Source: Malacoraja senta
Lineage: Eukaryota
Assembly (NCBI GenBank): GCA_038087875.1
Contig: CM075992.1
Coordinates: 3,040,001 to 3,104,000, forward strand
DNA length: 64,000 bases
Direction of reading: 5' to 3'
Below the pieces are notes generated by a model. The model searched no databases, was not told where the DNA came from, and saw nothing but the letters and a program-made list of their open reading frames with translations. A program made the translations under genes and the position numbers. Shown piece after piece: positions 13,589 through 27,204 of this stretch. Numbering within the stretch: position 1 is the first letter of the stretch; each line of letters begins with the position of its first letter.

Positions 13589-14012
13589 CAGGCACGGAAA
13601 TCGCTGTCAAAAACATGGGGGGGGGACACAATTTCTTGCCGGCCGCGCGCGCGCATGCGCACACACGCGAGGCTTCGGCCGTGGGCCCTGTGGACGGTAA
13701 CATCGGGAGCCAACCTGGTTGGTGACCAACTCCGAACTCCAGCAACAGCAGCTTCGTCCGCCCCGAATCGTGGGGCTTGAATCGGCCCATTCACGGGGTC
13801 TTTCATCGGCCGGCGGGGGCTTCAACATCGGGAGCCTCGATCACTTCGATGCAGCAGTTTGATTTTAAGCTGCGCGAACGGGCCGATTCAGCCATTAAAA
13901 AGCGGCTGATAAAGTCCGGATTACAAAAGATGGAGGGGGGGATCGTCCCCCCCCTCTCAAAGCAGGGGGGGGGGGCGTGTCCCCCTGTCCCCTCCCAGGA
14001 TTTCCGCCCCTG
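13589..14012. mobile_element. hAT-like MITE inserted in a V-SINE
   Basis: TIRs CAGGCACGGAAATC / GATTTCCGCCCCTG; 8-bp TSD gctctacc / cctctacc (7 of 8 match). Confidence 0.85.
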
Positions 14013-15984
14013 CCTCTACCTGCTGCACCATGGCTTTGAGAGAGGAGAAGTAATTACTTCTGTAATTACTTCTTTGGACTAGTTACCCTGTGAGCTTGAT
14101 TAATTACCCGGAGATAGTAGGTTGAATCCGACCCATAGCAACTGAGAAAGTTAAGTTGAGTTCATTGAAAAAAACATAGAATTGAAAAACTGGAATTAAT
14201 ATTAGTGACTTAGGAGCATCAGATTGTTATTAAAAAAAACTGATTCACTGATGTACTTTGGGAAAGATCATTCTAAATAACACATGTGTGTCTTCAGGTA
14301 CACAGGGATATCCCGTAAATGGCAAGTCTCTCGTGCGATGGAATCGTACCCGGGTCTCTGATGCTGTAAAGCAGCAATTCTACCGCAGGGCCACTGTGCC
14401 GTCTGAAGGAAGGACTCGACCCGAAACGTCACCCATTCCTTCTCTCCAGAGATGCTGCCCGTCCCGCTGAGTGACTTCAGCATTTTGTGTCTATCTGCCG
14501 TGCATGGATAGGACAGGTTTATAGACAATAGACAATGGACAATAGATGCAGGAGTAGGCCATTCGGCCATTCGATCAATGTGATCATCTGATCATCCCCA
14601 ATCAGTACCCCGTTCCTGCCTTCTCCCCATATCCCCTGACTCCGCTATTTTTAAGAGCCCTATCTAGCTCTCTCTTGAAAGCATCCAGAGAGCCGGCCTC
14701 CACCGCCCTCTGAGGCAGAATTCTAGAGGGATATTAGGCCATGGGCAAGCTGGGCCAAAGGGCCTGTTTCTGTGCTACGATATGATTCGATACGATACAA
14801 TAGAACTTTATTTATCCCAGGAGGGAAATTGTTCTGCCGACAGTCATAAAAACACGAAATACATGAGACATGAAATTAAAGTGACGAGTGGAAAGGATCG
14901 GGGGATGTGCAAAGATTGGGGAGGGGGGGGGGGGACAGCCTCAGTCTACCCCTCTATATAACTATATACCTCTCTACATGACTCTTTACACCTCTCTATA
15001 TGACTCTCTAGTGTTCCAGGCTGCCAGGACTGTGTTTTACAGTGTGGGGAGCGGTTACCGAATCTGGTGATGAGCATCCAGTCACCACACAATTAACAGT
15101 GCAACGCAAACTTTGACCGATCCTCCGTTGCAGCCAAGTGTGAACACAGAACTCACTCGGCCTCTGCCCGAGTCCCTTCCATCAAGAACTGACAGATGTC
15201 CTCAGGCTCAGTGGATTTGATGACGGGTCGTCTGTGGCGGATTTCTGCTCTGTTAACTCTGCTCCCATGCCATCCTCAGCCGCTGCCAACATTCCCGTAC
15301 AACTTTAGTTTAGTTTTAGTTTAGGGATACAGCGTGGTAACAGGCCCTTCGGCCCAGCTTGCCCATGCCGAGCCCCATCCACGCTGGTCCCACTTGGCCT
15401 AATATCCCTCTAAACCTGTCCTATCCAGAATAGAATAGAGTAGAATTGAATGCCTTTTATTGTCATTCAAACAACTTGGTTTGAACGAAATTGCATTTTC
15501 TACACTTACATTACCAAAAAAAAACAAGACCCACACTTAACGCAGTTTACACAAACATCCATCACAGTGAATCTCCAACACCTCCTCACTGTGATGGAAG
15601 GCAAAAGTCTTATCTCTTCCCTTTGTTCTTCTCCCGCGGTCCAACAGTCCAACTGCAGCGTCGAGGCGAACTGGGGCTCCCGATGTTAAAGCCCCCGGCG
15701 GGCGATGGTAAGTCCTGTGGCCATTTAAGCCACGCCGGGCGATGTTAGGCCCGGTGTGTCTATCCTCCAGGTCTATCCTCCAGGACAGGCAGCATCTCTG
15801 GAGAGAGTCCTTGCCGACCAGCGATCCCGCACACTAACACCATCCTACACACACACTCGGGAAAATTTACAATTTTACCCAAACCAATTAAAAACCTACA
15901 AACCTGTACGTCTTTGGAGTGTGGGAGGAAACCGGAGCACCCGGAGAAACCCCACGCAGTCATGGGGAGAACGGACGAACTCCA

Positions 15985-16442
15985 TTTATACAATTTGTAT
16001 TTAGCGAATGCACAGTCCTTTAGCCAAGCAGTTGCCTCTTGATCTGCTGTATGAAGGGTGACAAGTCCTCCATTAAGTCTTTTTTGAGGGCATGAGAGTT
16101 GGGTCAGCCAGGTTAGAGCTCGGGGGCCCAGGTGTTTCATGAACTCTGGAGAGATGTTATCATAACCTGCTGCCTTTCCACATTTCAGGCCCTGCAGGAC
16201 CTTCTCCAGTTCAGCCACCTCGAAGGGCTCAGGGTTTCTTTCCTTTCCAGGTGTTCGTCAAAGTGTTAGTATTCGGAGAGCAGGTCCAACTGCTAGGTGC
16301 TCTTGAGGCTGGTCGTTGTTGCTGCTTTCGGCTTTGGGATAATGACTAGGGTTCTTTGACTTGGCTCTCAGGCGTCGTCTTGTAGAATTTAGTCTGCTGG
16401 AGGGATCATTGGCATCCCCAGGCGAGCCTGGGTACTGACGTA
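15985..16442 (-). mobile_element. Internally deleted Ingi/Vingi-like non-LTR element
   Basis: Fused remnants: GPALRILTL (APE start-like), LKCGKAAGYDNISPEFMKHLGP (pre-RT), CPQKRLNGGLVTLHTADQEATAWL (Vingi-like C-terminus), and a short ATACAA tail. Confidence 0.6.
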
Positions 16443-16631
16443 CATTTATACAATGGTATATGGACACACTGATCTGTTCTGTAGTCAATGCCTACTATGT
16501 TCTGTTGTGCTGAAGCAAAGCAAGAATTTCATTGTCCTATCAGGGACACATGACAATAAAGTCATTTGAATCTTGAATCTCTGTACAGGCAGCACCCGTA
16601 GTCGGGATCGAACCCGGGTCCCTGATGCTGT

Positions 16632-16831
16632 NNNNNNNNNNNNNNNNNNNNNNNNNNNNNNNNNNNNNNNNNNNNNNNNNNNNNNNNNNNNNNNNNNNNN
16701 NNNNNNNNNNNNNNNNNNNNNNNNNNNNNNNNNNNNNNNNNNNNNNNNNNNNNNNNNNNNNNNNNNNNNNNNNNNNNNNNNNNNNNNNNNNNNNNNNNNN
16801 NNNNNNNNNNNNNNNNNNNNNNNNNNNNNNN
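16632..16831. other. Assembly gap (200 N)
   Basis: Run of exactly 200 N. Confidence 0.99.
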
Positions 16832-16997
16832 AGACATCTGAGAGAGAACAGGTTGCAGGGAAATAAGGGCATTGGGCGGAATGGTCCTAATGGGTTTGCT
16901 CGGAGCTCCTGGAGCTAACATACTTTCTATGTTCCATCAAAGATGCTTTCTACTTTCTATAGAGTTTCTTCTGCTATAAAACATGAATTAAGGTGAC

Positions 16998-17095
16998 CAG
17001 TTTGAAGAAGGGTCTTGACCCGAAACGTCACCCGTTCCTTCTCTCCAGAGATGCTGCCTGTCCCGCTGAGTTACTCCAGCATTTTGTGTCTATCT
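16998..17095 (+). mobile_element. Solo 98-bp Penelope-derived hammerhead mini-element
   Basis: ttgaagaagggtcttgacccgaaacgtcac...tgtgtctatct flanked by the 15-bp TSD atgaattaaggtgac (16983-16997 and 17096-17110). Confidence 0.85.
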
Positions 17096-17221
17096 ATGAA
17101 TTAAGGTGACTTCTATGATTCCTCCAGCACTTTGTGTCTTCTTGTGTATTAACTAGCATCTGCAGTTCCTTGTTCCAACATACGCTCACACACACAACTA
17201 GAGACATATATACCCAGAGAC

Positions 17222-17815
<594 letters not shown>

Positions 17816-19620
17816 TCAGTAATTATTTGCTATGTTGCAGCAAGCAGTAAAGAATAGCAAATGGTACTGAAACACCAAGGTGTTGTGGGACATATGTACA
17901 TATCTGTAGAGATAGAATGACCAAGGACGAGCAATGATGAATGAAGACAAAGATTCAGATTTAGTTGCGGCTTCAGTTTCCTGGTGCATCTTGTACACTC
18001 TCCGGGATGTGCGGTTGGACAGTGTTTCACTGTGGTGGCGTTCCTTCAGTTTCACTGGGCACCAGCTCCTGTGTGTAAAAATAACATGCAGGTGTTCACT
18101 GACCACATCTGGTTTCTCTGCCATCAGCAGGTTTGCTGCTGGGACATGGTTGCATGGAAGGGGCATTAGTTACTCGGACATATTTGTGGAGATGCAGGTT
18201 GCCTTGCACTCTGCACCAGTTGTAAACCGTGATTGGAAGTGAACGGTGAACAGGGGAGTCCTGCACAGCTCATTCTAACATTAACAACGAGACCATCAGT
18301 CTTGGCAACTCCGACACAGTAAAGTCACGGACTGACAGAGTCCTGCCTGATCCGTTTATATCATTCCAGGCGCAGGATAAAACCTTCATAGGTTGGAATG
18401 ACAAATGATTTGTGTGGACAGACAAATGCTGGAGTAACTCAGCGGGACAGGCAGCATGTGCAAGGAAGAACTGCATATGCTGGTTTAAATCGAAGGTAGA
18501 CACAAAATATAACTCAGCAGGTCAGGCAGCAACTCTAGAGAGAAGGAATGGGTGACGTTTCAGGTCAAAACCTTCTTCAGCGGGATCTAGTTCAGAGGGA
18601 TCTGAAGAAGGATCCCGACCGGAAACGTCACCCATTCCTTCTCTCCAGAGATGCTGTGAGTTACTCCAGCAGTTTGTGTCTATCTTCGGTTTAAACCAGC
18701 ATCTGCAGTTCCTCCCTGCACAAATGATTTGTGTACTGTGCCAATCTATGTCAAAGTGTGTGTGCGTGTCAATGTGCGTGAATGTGCATTGTATGTGAGA
18801 CAATGTGTGTGAAAATGCATAGTGGTTGACAATCGCTAGATCATGACATAGTCATATCAGACTTTGGTTAGGCCACATTTGGAGTATAAATAGGATAGAC
18901 AGTCAAAACATTTTTGGGTTACTCCAGCTTTCTGTGTCTACATGCACATGTATGTCTACCAATACGGTTTTGTTTGTGTGTGTGTGTGTGTGTGTTCACT
19001 CATGTTCTATCCACACGGCTACTGTATGTAGTATCCGTGTATCAATATGTGTGGTTCTTGTTCTTCTTGCGTGTGGCGTGCACACCCTAACGTTGTACGA
19101 CAACTTGTTCTATTTGATCTGATTTGATTGTGCACGCCAGGTTGATTGCATTCGTCGAAACAGGGCGGACCAGGTGAAGGTTGCAATCTCCCACCCCCAA
19201 TATGTGTGGTTAATGCTGAAGGAATCTGCCATTTTAATTTCATTTGGTGCGTTGGAGGCATTCCCAGGGTCAGTGCTCGGTGCCCAAGGGCAATGGGCTT
19301 CCACGGAGACGTGGAGCCTCCTCAGACAAGTCAAACTCTTTCTGGGTCTGGAGTTAAACAAAGGCCCAGAGCAATAGCAGGCAAACTGTTTTCTTCACGA
19401 AAGGGCATCAATGAACCCATTGGGGTTTTAACGACATCAGACTGATGTCAGCTTTGCAATCATAGATTTCATGAAAAATAAGCTGAATCTGACTGATCAT
19501 TGCTTCCACAACACCTAGTCCATAGTTGAACCAGCCCACAGTTAGTCCAGGGGACTGATGCCACTGGGAATACTGTCATAGCTGGCACTGAAATGTATAC
19601 GGCCACCCAAGTCGCAGCTC

Positions 19621-20146
19621 ATTTGAGGAGGGACATTCTTGCTATTGAGGGAGTGCAGCGTAGGTTTACAAGGTTAATTCCCGGGATGGCGGGACTGTCA
19701 TATGCTGAGAGAATGGAGCAGCTGGGCTTGTACACTCTAGAGTTTAGAAGGATGAGAAGGGATCTCATAGAAACATATAAGATCGTTAAGGGCTTGGACA
19801 CGCTAGAGGCAGAAAACATGTTCCCGATGTTGGGGGAGTCCAGAACCAGGGGCCACAGTTTAAGAATAAGGAGTAAGCCATTTAGAATGGAGACGAGGAA
19901 ACACTTTTTCTCACAGAGAGTGGTGAGTCTGTGGAATTCTCTGCCTCAGAGGGTGGTGGAGGCAGGTTCTCTGGATGCTTTCAAGAGAGAGCTAGATAGG
20001 GCTCATAAAAATAGCGGAGTCAGGGGATATGGGGAGATGGCAGGAACGGGGTACTGATTGGGGATGATCAGCCATGATCACATTGAATGGCGGTGCTGGC
20101 TCGAAGGGCCAAATGGCCTACTCCTGCACCTATTGTCTATTGTCTA
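19621..20146 (+). mobile_element. CR1/HER1-like LINE 3' fragment, followed by a second CR1 subfamily to ~20495
   Basis: ORF DILAIEGVQRRFTRLIPGMAGLSYAERMEQLGLYTLEFRRMRRDLIETYKI...WNSLP; (ATTGTCT)n tail. Confidence 0.9.
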
Positions 20147-20756
20147 TCATGTACAAAATCATGAGAAGAATAGATCGGGTAGACACACAGTGTCTCTTGC
20201 CCAGAGCAGGGGAATCGAGGACCAGAGGACATATGTTCAAGGTGAGGGGGAGATAGATTTCATAGGAACCCGAGGGGTAACTTTTTCACACAAAGGGTGG
20301 TGGGTGTATGGAACGAGCTGCCAGAGGAGGTAGTTGAGGCTGGGACTATTGCAATGTTTAAGAAACAGTTAGACAGGTACATGGATAGGACAGGTTTGGA
20401 GGGATATGGACCAAATGCAGGTTGGTGGGACTAGTGTAGCTGCGACACGTTGGCTGGTGTGGGCAAGTTGGGCCAAAAAGCCTGTTTTCACATGCTATGT
20501 TTTAGAAAAAAACAGTTCTCTGCAGTAACATAATCAAATGAAAAATAAAATGGTGATATTGGGACAAGTGACCAAAAACTTGCTCAAAGAGGTTAGTTTT
20601 AAAAATGATCTGAAGAATATAATGGGAGGACAGATGCGATCGTGGACCAGGAGGAAGGAAATGAAGTCCTTACAGGAGTCAGGGTGAGAAGATGTACCGG
20701 GTTAGTAACCACAACGAGGGCCATCACAACCAAATCTAAGCTGAACTGAACTAAGT

Positions 20757-21138
20757 ACTCCCCCTCCCATTCCGAAGCCATTCAATGGGCCTCCTCCATG
20801 GCCAGAGTGAGCACCACCGGAAACTGGAGGAGCAGCACCTCATATTCTGCTTGGGCAGTCTGCACCCTAGCAGCATAAACATTGACTTCTCCAATTTCCG
20901 GTAGCCCTTGCTGTGTCCTCCCCTTCTCAGCTCTCCCTCAGCCCTCGGGCTCCTCCTCTTCTTTTTTCCCTTTCTTCTCCCCGCCCCCCCACCCCCCACC
21001 CTCCATCAGTCTGAAGAAGGGTTTTGGCCCGAAACGTTGCCTATTTCCTTCGCTCCATAGATGCTGCCTCACCCGCTGAGTTTCTCCAGCATTTTTGTCT
21101 ACCTTCGATTTTCCAGCATCTGCAGTTCCTTCTTAAAC
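20757..21138 (+). mobile_element. 5'-truncated Penelope-like element fragment
   Basis: GIY-YIG C-terminal remnant (RKLEEQHLIFCLGSLHP) plus pseudo-LTR with ctgaagaagggttttggcccgaaacgtt. Confidence 0.8.
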
Positions 21139-21757
21139 ATTAAGTCTTAACTGGTTTCACTCCCACAATTCTCAGTGCTGTTCTTGGACATCTACGCTCA
21201 ATGGAATTCTGCCTCAGCTCTCCCTGTCTCTCACAGAAGCCGTCCCTCCGGCCACTGAGCCTGCACTGGGTTAAATTGTAAATTGTCCCTAGTGTTTATG
21301 ATAGTGCTGGAGTACAGGGGTCGCTGGTCGGCACGGACTCAGTAGGTGAAGGACTAGTTCCTGCGCTGTGTCTCTGCAGTCTAAAGTGTCTTTCCCTCCT
21401 TGCCCCACAGCCCGCCACCAGACTGCGATGACACCAAGTTGTGGCGGTGGCTCCAAACCCATGCTCTGGAGATTGTGTGAATGAACATAGATTGTGCACT
21501 TGCTCTGGGAACCATTATGAATGAGTTATGGGCCGTTGCCACGACAACAGTTATGAATGAGCAGTGGCCAGTTGCCAAGGAGACTGTAGGTGAATAAGCA
21601 CTGATTTCGTTGCCACAGAGATGGCGTGACATGACTCCATCAGATAGGCTTCAGAAATGATGCACGTTTTAAAAGAGAAATCCTTGGTCAGGTACAAAAC
21701 CATTTCAGAAGCAGCATCCCACAGCGTTGAAGGCTAAAGGCATCTAGAATGTAATGA

Positions 21758-22200
21758 CAATAGACAATAGGTGCGGGAGTAGGCCATTTGGCCCTTCGAG
21801 CCAGCACCGCCATTCAATGTGATCATGGCTGATCATCCCCAATCAGTACCCCGTTCCTGCCTTCTCCCCATATCCCGCTATTTTTAAGAGCCCTATCTAG
21901 CTCTCTCTTGAAAGCATCCAGAGAACCTGCCTCCACCGCCCTCTGAGGCAGAGAATTCCACCGACTCACAACTCTCTGTGAGAAAAAGTGTTTTGCTCGT
22001 CTCCGTTCTAAATGGCTTACTCCTTATTCTTAAACTGTGTGGCCCCTGGTTCTGGACCCCCCCCAACATCGGGAACATGTTTCCTGCCTCTAGCGTGTCC
22101 AAGCCCTTAACAATCTTATATGTTTCAATGAGATCCCCTCTCATCCTTCTAAACTCCAGAGTGTACAAGCCCAGCCGCTCCATTCTCTCACCATATGACG
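21758..22200 (-). mobile_element. CR1/HER1-like LINE 3' fragment
   Basis: ORF remnant ERMERLGLYTLEFRRMRGDLIETYKI and the shared 3'UTR. Confidence 0.88.
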
Positions 22201-22427
22201 AAGAGAGACACAAAATTCTGGAGTGACTAAAAATACTCCGCGTTTGGAGTTTCGCACGCAGTGGTTCCAAGATGGCGTCCAACCTAGGCGACCATTTACG
22301 TGCCGGCCACAGAAGTAGATCTACAGTCACATATTACAATCGCTCCTAAATCTCTGCACTGCAAATGGCTCAGTTGTATTCATGTTTTGTCTCTCTGCTG
22401 ACTGGACAGCACAACAGCTTTTCACTG

Positions 22428-22554
22428 AAGAAGGGTCTCGACCCGAAACGTCAGCCATTCCTTCTCTCCAGAGATGCTGCCTGTCCCGCTGAGTTACCCC
22501 AGCTTTTTTGTGTACCACCTTCGATTTAAACCAGCACCTGCAGTTCTTTCCTAC
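22428..22554 (+). mobile_element. Solo Penelope-derived hammerhead mini-element
   Basis: (ctg)aagaagggtctcgacccgaaacgtc...cttttcctac-like end; 14-bp TSD acagcttttcactg at 22414-22427 and 22555-22568. Confidence 0.85.
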
Positions 22555-24127
22555 ACAGCTTTTCACTGTACCTCAATACAGTGACAATAAACTAAACTGA
22601 ACTGGGTGTTGGTCGCCCCATTACAGGAAGGATGGGAGGCTGTGGAGAGGGGATTTACCAGAATGCTGCTTGGATTAGCGGGTATTAGCTGCCGTGGGGA
22701 GGGTGGACAAACTTGGATTGTTTACTCCAGAACGCCAGAGATTGAGGGGAGACCTGATCTAAATGAAATGATGAGGGGCGTAGAGAGGGTAGACAGTCAG
22801 AGTCTTTTTCCCAGGGTGGAAATGGCAAAAGACTAGAATAGAATAGAATAGAATGCCATTTATTGTCGTTCAAACAGACATGGTTTGAACGAAATTTTGT
22901 TCCTTCAGTCATAACATTTAAAAAAAACCAAGACACACAATTAACACAATTTACATAAACATCCATCACAGTGGATCTCCAAACATCTCCTCACTGGAGG
23001 GCATAGTTTGCAGGTGAGGGGAACATTTAAAGGAGAGGTGTGTGCCCGCATGTTTACAGGGGATGTGAGTGCCTGGAACGAGCTGCCGGGATGTAGTGGA
23101 GGCAAACACGACAGTGGCATTTAACAGGGTATTAGATATGCAGATGATAGAGGGATATGGATCAGACTCCATTCATTTATCTTGGCTGGAGATTGACACA
23201 AGAGGCTGGAGTAACTCAGCGGGACAGGCAGCATCTCTGGAGAGAAGGAATGGGTGACGTTTCGGATCGAGACCCTCTGTTTATCTTGGTGTCCTGTTCG
23301 CCACGGACATTGTGGACGTTAGGGCCTGTTCTATGATTACCGCCATTGCTGTTTGTGGGATCTTGCTGTGTATACATAGTCTGCTTTGCTTCCCACCGAA
23401 TAACAGCGACTGCACTTCAATGTGCGAATAGAAATGCTTTCTCCTTGCTTCACCTCAAGTCACCCGAGATGGTCTCACTGATCATGGAAAGGAGAGAGAT
23501 TCAACTAGCGAGCTGTAGTTTTCAGTGATTTATTCTTGGTAATAAATTCACGTAATAGACGATACCCTGGTCCAGGGTGATTACCAGTGGCCCAGGTCAC
23601 CGAGTTAGCAAAATGAATCATCAGAGGTGCCATAAATTAGTCCCAGTGCCCTTGGTAAAGGGAAAAAGTCAAAGCATCTAGTCATTGAGGCAGGGACTAT
23701 AACAACATTGTATGCAGCATGGTGGCGCAGCGGTAGAGTTGCTGCCTTACAGCGCCAGAGTCCCCGGTGTAGAAGTACCAATGGTACTTTACAGTTGTAC
23801 AAGAAGCTGGTGAGGCCACATTTGGATGGAGCATTGTAGAAACAAGGAACTGCAGATAGACACAAAATGCTGGAGTAACTCAGCGGGACAGGCAGCATCT
23901 CCGGAGGGAAGGAATGGATGACGTTTTGTAGGGGAGGTGGGGAGAGGAGGGCCAGAATAAAATGGGTGATGTTTCGGGTCGAGACCCTTCTTCAGACTGC
24001 AGATGCTGGCGCCTCCTCCTATATTCATTCCTCTGTCTACACATCGCTACCTTTCTGTCTCTCACACCTCCTGTTTTGATCTCTGGCCTTTGTTCCAACC
24101 ATCTGCCTATTAAAGCCTCCCCTCGTC

Positions 24128-24542
24128 ACCAAAGACCCTATAGTGGAGCAAGATAGACCAGTCCTGCTAAATGCAATGGGCTGACGCGTAGTACGCAACG
24201 GAGCGGAACGTGGGCCTTTTTTTCATCCATTTCAGTAACCCGACCCGACCCGACCCGACTCGCAGTGTAATCAACGTTGCGGGGGAACAGTTTGTGTTAA
24301 TAAATTATAATTTTGAAAATGAGGAGAAGATTTTTACCAAAGAACTTTTATTTTTACGAGGATGTTTCCGTAACCGGCTTCCGTCTCCGCACTAGTTATC
24401 TTTGCTCCGCTGTGGGATCTTTGGTGCGGAGACGGAAGCCGGTTACGGAAATGGGGCCGGAAATGACCGCATGGATCTGCCCATGACCGTACTACGTCTT
24501 TTTCGTCGAGTGGACCATCTTGCTCGCTGTAGGGTCTTTGGT
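24128..24542. mobile_element. Non-autonomous TIR DNA element, superfamily uncertain
   Basis: ~26-bp TIRs accaaagaccctatagtggagcaagat / atcttgctcgctgtagggtctttggt; internal inverted repeat tttccgtaaccggcttccgtctccgcac / gtgcggagacggaagccggttacggaaa. Confidence 0.75.
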
Positions 24543-24787
24543 CCTATATTCATTCCTCTGTCTTCACAAATCTACCTTTCTGTCTGTCTCACACCTCCTG
24601 TTTTGATCTCTGGCCTTCGTTCCAACCATCTGCCTATTAAAGCCTCCCATCGTCACTGTCCACCTAATACCTGACACATTTTCTTCTGGCCCTCCTCTCT
24701 CTCCCCCCCCCCCCGCCCCCCCCCCCACCTCCCCTACATAATCAGTCTGAAGAAGGATCCCTGCTCAAAACATCATCTCTTACAGCG

Positions 24788-25246
24788 ACTGTCATATGAG
24801 GAAAGATTGAAAAGACTAGGCTTGTATTCACTGGAGTTTAGAAGGATGAGCGGGGATCTTATAGAAACATATACAATTATAAAAGGACTGGACAAGCTAG
24901 ATGCAGGAAAAATGTTCCCAATGTTGGGCGAGTCCAGAAACAGGGGCCACAGTCTTAGAATAAAGGGGAGGTCATTTAAGACTGAGGTGAGAAAAAAACG
25001 TTTTCACCCAGAGAGTTGTGAATTTGTGGAATTCCCTGCCACAGAGGGCAGTGGAGGCCAAATCACTGGATGGATTTAAGAGAGAGTTAGATAGAGCTCT
25101 AGGGGCTGGTGGAGTCAAGGGATTATGGGGAGAGGGCAGGCACGGGTTATTGATAGGGGACGATCAGTCATGATCACAATGAATGGCGGTGCTGGCTCGA
25201 AGGGCCGAATGGCCTCCTCCTGCACCTATTTTCTATGTTTCTATGT
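24788..25246 (+). mobile_element. CR1-like LINE 3' fragment
   Basis: ORF remnant RLGLYSLEFRRMSGDLIETY; (TTTCTATG)n tail. Confidence 0.88.
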
Positions 25247-26231
25247 TCCCTTTTCTCCAGAGATGCTGTCTGACCCGCTGAGTTGCTCCAGCTTTTTGTG
25301 TGTGTCTTCGGTTTAAACCAGCATCTGAAGTCCCTTCCTACACATACATGGACCCAATAATGGCCCTGATTGGCAAGCCTTACCAAAGAAGAAAGCACCG
25401 GCACGACGGGCCGAGCGGTCTCCGTCTCTACAGCAAGATTCTGGAGGAGGAGGAGTGGGGATTGATAGACTGAAACATCGACACAGGGCAATAGGATGCA
25501 GGATGGGGGGTAAATTGAAGCACAAATTAACTGTGCATTCTGCTATGCGCTTGACTTAGCTCATAGAATAGTGAAAGCAAGGAGTTGCTGAACGGAAACA
25601 AATGTTATTTTTCCTGCTACATTCTGGGTGCCACTGGATATTTTAGTTTTGCCAAGGAGGCAGTATTTTTTTCTGCTGGTTTTGCTCTTCACTCGGGGAG
25701 CTTTACTGCAGCAGAGTCACCTGATCTCATGAAAATGCATGAGAAATATCTTCGACTGTGAAGCGGCTGAGTGTGCAGAATGTGAGACTGGTCTAACTGC
25801 TTCCTTGGACCCTGAGAGGACGGGATGGAACCGAAGATGTAGGAACGCCTCACCGTTTGGGAACTGCTCCCTGCCATCCAACCTAAGGAAGGTGTCGAGG
25901 AGAAAAGGGATGTAATCTCTCTACTTCACTGTCTATATATCTCTCATTTCCCTTTCCCCTGACCAGTCTGAAGAAAGGTCTCGACCCGAAACGTCACCCA
26001 TTCCATTCTCTCCCGAGATGCGGCCTGTCCCGCTGAGTTACTCCAGCATTTTGTGTCTATCTTCGAGGTAGATGTGGCCCTTGTGGCTAAAGGGATCAGG
26101 GGGTATGGAGAGAAGGCAGGTACAGGATACTGAGTTGGATGATCAGCCATGATCATATTGAATGGCGGTGCAGGCTCGAAGGGCCGAATGGCCTACTCCT
26201 GCACCTATTTTCTATGTCTATGTTTCTATGT

Positions 26232-26655
26232 AATGCAGAGGCTCTATAAGGCGCTGGTCAGACCGCATTTTGAGTACCGCAAGCAATTTTGGGCCCCATA
26301 TTTGAGGAGGGCTGTGCTGGCTCTGGAGAGGGTCCAGAGGAGGTTTACAAGAATGATCCCAGGAATGAGTGGGTTAACATATGATGAGCATTTGTTGGCA
26401 CTGGGCCTGTACTCGCTGGAGTTTAGAAGGATTGGGAGGACCTCATTGAAACTTAGCAAATAGTGAAAGGCCTGGATAGAGTGGATGTGGAGAGGATGTT
26501 TCCACTAGTGGGAGAGTCTAGGACCAGAGGTCATAGCCTCCGAATTAAAGGACATTCTTTTAGGAAGGAAATAAGGAGGAATTTCTTTCGTCAAAGGGTG
26601 GTGAATCTGTGGAATTCATTGCCACAGACTTGGAGGCCAAGTTAGTGGATATTTA
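26232..26655 (+). mobile_element. CR1-like LINE RT C-terminal fragment
   Basis: LYKALVRPHFEY...LERVQRRFTRMIPGM...WNSLP with frameshifts. Confidence 0.85.
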
Positions 26656-26787
26656 GTGAGGCTTGGGTGGGAATATGCTGTTGTTTCTGCCATCCACTCA
26701 TGAGGATAGATAGCAATTTGTGGAACTATGTTTGAGGATTTCTGGAACCTCAGATAGAATTGCGAAACAAATCCACTCTCCATGCTA

Positions 26788-27204
26788 CCTCCGGTCGGTC
26801 CGCAATAACCAACCTGACCTCCCGGTGGCTCAGCACTTCAACTCCCCCTCCCATTCCGTATCTGACCTCTCTGTCCTGGGTCTCCTCCATGGCCACAGCG
26901 AGCAACACCGGAAATTGGAGGAAATGCACCTCATATTCCGCTTGGGCAGTCTACATCCTGGGGGCATGAACATTGAATTCTCCCAATTCTGCTAGCCCTT
27001 GCTGTCCCCTCCCCTTCATCAGCCCTCTGGTTGTCTCCTCCCCTCCCCCAGCCCTCGGGCTCCTCCTCTGCCTTTTTCCCTTTTTTCCTTTCTTCTCCCC
27101 ACCCCCTATCAGTCTGAAGAAGGGTTTCGGCCCGAAACGTTGCCTATTTCCTTCGCTCCATAGATGCTGCTGCAACGGCTAAGTTTCTCCAGCATTTTTG
27201 TGTA
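26788..27204 (+). mobile_element. 5'-truncated Penelope-like element (GIY-YIG endonuclease C-terminus plus pseudo-LTR)
   Basis: LRSVRNNQPDLPVAQHFNSPSH...RKLEEMHLIFRLGSLHPGGMNIEF, hammerhead core at ~27114-27142, and the 15-bp TSD ccactctccatgcta (26773-26787 and 27205-27219). Confidence 0.88.

Noticed and set aside
16540..16921. ORFs spanning the N run
   Set aside because: Artefacts of the assembly gap.
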